A stretch of 64,000 nucleotides of DNA from Squalus acanthias (lineage: Eukaryota). Positions 60,288 to 64,000 of the stretch are shown here, piece by piece (within the stretch, counting starts at the first letter, position 1; every line of letters begins with the position of its first letter). The DNA is taken from the NCBI GenBank assembly GCA_030390025.1, contig JASTWF010000343.1, positions 434,001 through 498,000 of the forward strand, written 5' to 3'. A program made the position numbers and the translations under genes. A model generated the notes under the pieces. The model saw only the letters and a program-made list of their open reading frames with translations, made no database searches and had not been told where the DNA came from.

Positions 60288-62222
60288 AACACTCTGATAT
60301 TCCCCACACCCCTCACTGTAACAATGAGATACACCCCACACTGTAACACTGATATAACTCACACCCCTCACTGTAATCTACTGATATACGCCACGCACAT
60401 TACTGCAACACTCTGATATACGCCACACCCCTCAATAACACACTGACATACCCCCACATCCCTCACTGTAACACACTGACATACCTCACACCTCTCACTT
60501 TAACACTGATATTCCCCACACCCGTGACTGTAACACTCTGATATGCGCCGCACACCTCATTGTAACACTCTGATATATCCCACACCCATCACTGCAGCAC
60601 TGATATACCCCAGACCCACCACTGTAACATACTGATATACCCCACACCCCTCACTGTAAAACTCTGATATATCCCACACCCATCACTGCAGCACTGATAT
60701 ACCCCAGACCCACCACTGTAACATACTGATATACCCCACACCCCTCACTGTAAAACTCTGATATATCCCACACCCATCACTGCAGCACTGATATACCCCA
60801 GACCCACCACTGTAACACTCTGATATACCCCAGACCCTTCACTGTAACACTCTGATAAACCCCTCACCCCTCACTGTAACACACTGATATACCCCACTCC
60901 CCTCACTGTAACACTCTGATATACCCCACACCCCTCACTGTAACACTGATATACCCCACACCCCTCACTGTAACTAAGATATACCCAACACCCCACACTG
61001 TAACACTCTGAAATACCCCACACCACTCACTGTAATACTGATATACCCCACACCCCTCACTGTAACACACTGATATACCTCACACCCCTCACAGTAACAC
61101 TGATATACCCCACACCCCTCACTGTCACACTGATATACCCCACACCCCTCACTTTAACACTGATATACCCTACACCCCTCACTGTAACACTGATGTACCC
61201 CACACCCCTCACTGTAACACTGATGTACCCCTCACTGTAACACTGATATACCCCACACCCCTCACTGTAACATTCTTATATACCCCACACCCCTCACTGC
61301 AACACTGATATATCCCACACCCCTCACTGTAAAACTCTGATATACCCCACACCCCTCACTGTAACACTCTGATATACCTCACACCCCTCACTGTAACACA
61401 CTGATATACCCCACACCCCTCACTGTAACACACTGATATACCCCACACCCCTCACCGTAACACTCTGATTTACCCCACACCCCTCACTTTAACACTGATA
61501 TACCCCACACCCTCACTGTAACACTGATATACCCCACACCCCTCACTGCAACACTGATATATCCCACACCCCTCACTGTAAAACTCTGATATACCCCACA
61601 CCCCTCACTGTAACACACTGATATACCCCACACCCCTCACTGTAACACTGATATACCCCACACCCCAGACTGTAACACTCTGATATACCCCACACCCCTC
61701 ACTGTAACACTGATATACCCCACACCCCTCACAGTAACACCATGATATACCCCACACCCCTCACTGTAACACTCATATACCCCACTCCCCTCACTGTAAA
61801 ACTGATATACCCCACACCCCTCACTGTAACACTGATATACCCCACACCCTCACTGTAACACTGATATACCCCACACCCCACACTGTAACACTCTGATATA
61901 CCCCACACCCCTCACTGTAACACTCTGATATACCGCACACCCCTCACTGTAACACTGATATACCCCACACCCCTCACTGTAACACTGATATACCCCAAAC
62001 CCCTCACTGTAACACTCTGATATACCGCACACCCCTCACTGTAACACTGATATACCGCACACCCCTCACTGTAACACTGATATAGCCCACACCCCTCACT
62101 GTAACACTGATATACCCCACACCACTCACTGGAGCACTGATATTCCACACACCCATCACTGTAACACTGATGTACCCCAAACCCCTCACTGTAACACTGA
62201 TATACCCCACACCACTCACTGT
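60288..62222 (-). repeat. 30-bp minisatellite array, inverted relative to 43600-48410
   Basis: Unit ATATACCCCACACCCCTCACTGTAACACTG (30-32 bp variants). Confidence 0.95.
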
Positions 62223-62509
62223 TGTCACTGCCACTTTAATCCCATGGGCTTCAATTTTGTTATTATGTGTTACTTTATCAATCACCTGTTGTGAGGAAAG
62301 GGAAATTGGGAAACTATGTGTAGTATCAATCGTACAACCATAGAATTGGTGATCCACGTTGTGTTGACAATTTGTTTAGCTGAGCTTGAAGCTCCAATCT
62401 GATCACAGCCTCGTCTGGTTGCCATCAATGAATTATAAAATCATTGATTTTAATCCTATTTTATTATTTCTATGTATTTGTTCTCAGGAAATGTGTAACG
62501 CTCTCAAGG

Positions 62510-63005
62510 CCAGTATCACTTGCCCATCTTGAGCCGCTGCAGTCCATGTGGTGAAGGTGCTCCCACAATATTGTTAGAAAAGGAATTTCAGGCTTTTGAC
62601 CCAGTGACGATGAAGGAACGGCGATATATTTGAACGGTAAACCAGATTCCTGGACGAATAATCCAGACTTCAATTCCCACCAGATGGGGAATTTAAATTC
62701 AATTAATTAAACAAATTTGGTAAAAAAGCTTGTGTCAGTAATGATAACCATGAAAGTACCGGATTGCCGTAAAAACCCATCAGGTTCACTACTGGCCTTT
62801 AGGGAAGGAAATCTGCCGTCCTTACCCGATCTGACTGAAATGTGACTCCAGACGCACTGCAATGTGGTTGACTCTTAACTGGTCTCTGAAATGGCCCATC
62901 AAGACACTCGCTTGTCTCAGGCGGATCACCACCACCTTCTCCTGGACAATTAGAGATGGGCAATAAATGCTGGCCTGGTCAGTGACTCACAATTCCCAAG
63001 AATGA
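62510..63005. mobile_element. LINE 3' fragment (minus) followed by a SINE-like element with the same LINE-type tail (plus)
   Basis: 62510-62630 matches 38585-38735; 62925-63005 is the reverse complement of 38545-38640; body is shared with 9780-9920. Confidence 0.55.
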
Positions 63006-63155
63006 ATTATAAATATGATTTATTAAGTGTAAAAATGATTTAAAAGCGTCATAATGCTTTATTAATGGTCATAATGATTTATAAAGGTTATACAAGATCT
63101 GTAAAGTGGTGTAATGATTTTAAAGTATTATAAAGGGATATAATGGTTTATAAAG
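63005..63155. repeat. Degenerate 10-bp-period AT-rich repeat (second copy)
   Basis: ATAATGATTT ATAAAGGTTA..TAAAGGGATA TAATGGTTTA TAAAG phasing, like 52030-52345. Confidence 0.65.
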
Positions 63156-63159
63156 TCCT

Positions 63160-63850
63160 GTTGCCAGGCGTTCTCCTCCCCGGGCTGGGTTGCTCGGGCC
63201 CCTGTGGGCCGGGCCGGGCTGCTCCGCCTCGCCGCCCGCTCTCACGGTAACCGTGTCTCCAGTTGCTGCCGCCCTCCTGATGCTCGCCTCCCGCCGCCAG
63301 GGAAAGGCCCCAAGTGAGAGCCGCCATCATTCTGCGGAGGCCCAGCGCCGCTATATATGTGCGGGCCCCCAGAGGCACCTTATTTGTGCAGGGCGCCGGA
63401 GCCCCATATTTGTGCTGGGCGTGAGGACCAGAGTCGCCATCTTGGTGCGGGGCCCCGGAGCCGCCATCTTTGAACAGGACTCCAGAGCCACAATCTTTAT
63501 TCGGGGACCCAGAGCTACCATCTTTGTGCGGGGTGCGGATGCCACCATCTTTGTACGGGGCCCCAGAGCCGCCATTTTTGTACGGGGCGCAGGACTCGCA
63601 ATCTTTGTGCGGTGCGCATGAGCCGCCATATTTGTGCGGTGCGCCGGAGCCGACATCTTTGTGCGGTGCCCCAGAGCAGCCATCTTTGTGTGGGGCGCTG
63701 TTGCCGCCATCTTTTTGTGGAGCTCCGTCGCCAACTATTTTGCGGCGCCCTAGAGCAGCCATCTTTGTGCTAGTCCCTAGAGCAGCCATCTTTGTGCTAG
63801 TCTCGAGAGCAGCCATCTTTGTGCTAGTCCCCAGGGCAGCCATCTTTGTC
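63160..63850 (+). promoter_or_regulatory. CpG island: putative exon 1 followed by a 27-bp tandem array of YY1-type motifs
   Basis: Donor-like ACG|GTAACC at 63247; ~20 units with GCCATCTT-like core (e.g. 63436, 63463, 63758, 63785, 63812, 63839). Confidence 0.7.
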
Positions 63851-64000
63851 GGTTCCCCACAATGTCAGACCCAGTGAACTCTCAACTCTCAGGCTGCAAA
63901 GTTTCCGCTTATTCTGAACCTTTAATGAATTTTACAATCCGAGTAAAGGGATATTTCCCCACATTCATCAACTGCTCTCTGAACTTAGTCTGGGTCACGG

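Larger units (their letters stand above)
52350..60288 (+). repeat. 67-bp satellite array interrupted by three retrotransposons
   Basis: Unit CTCCCAGGGCAGGTACAGCACGGGTTAGATACAGAGTAAAGCTCCCTCTACACTGTCCCATCAAACA; segments 52350-53320, 55156-55661, 56842-56918 and 59665-60288. Confidence 0.95.

Noticed and set aside
63148..63843. 231-aa minus-strand ORF with MAALGTSTK / HKDGGSGAP repeats
   Set aside because: It is the 27-bp repeat read in shifting frames; the repeated KMAA is the YY1 motif AAGATGGCGGC. No independent coding evidence.

Overview
This is vertebrate, repeat-rich genomic DNA, not prokaryotic. A cartilaginous fish (shark) is inferred from the Deu-domain SINE, the CR1/L2/Penelope content and the style of the zinc-finger family. 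The first ~40 kb hold a birth-and-death cluster of two-exon C2H2 zinc-finger genes with no visible KRAB/SCAN domain: four open finger arrays (2454-3296 -, 10078-10527 +, 17120-17626 +, 22243-23049 -) and four pseudogenes or fragments. They share CpG-island promoter modules (NRF1, YY1, ZNF143, CCAAT motifs) and a ~0.9 kb 3' block, and are interleaved with CR1, L2 and Tx1 LINEs, DeuSINEs, a Harbinger relic and Penelope-like elements (PLEs). The last ~21 kb are satellite-dominated. A G-rich 30-bp minisatellite occurs as two inverted arrays. A 67-bp satellite is interrupted by two CR1s and by a Neptune-type PLE with an uninterrupted RT + GIY-YIG ORF, a 12-bp TSD and a minimal hammerhead ribozyme. 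A 27-bp tandem array of YY1-type motifs lies at the window end. The most notable observations are: (i) ZNF paralogues whose intact arrays start at an ACG or ATG in an identical Kozak context, downstream of a shared in-frame UGA; (ii) a ~20-unit YY1-motif array; (iii) a 15-unit VNTR made of splice donors upstream of an intact ZNF exon; (iv) PLE hammerheads and a perfect 40-bp fold-back mini-PLE. Coordinates were read by eye and most repeat boundaries are approximate; no database searches were run.
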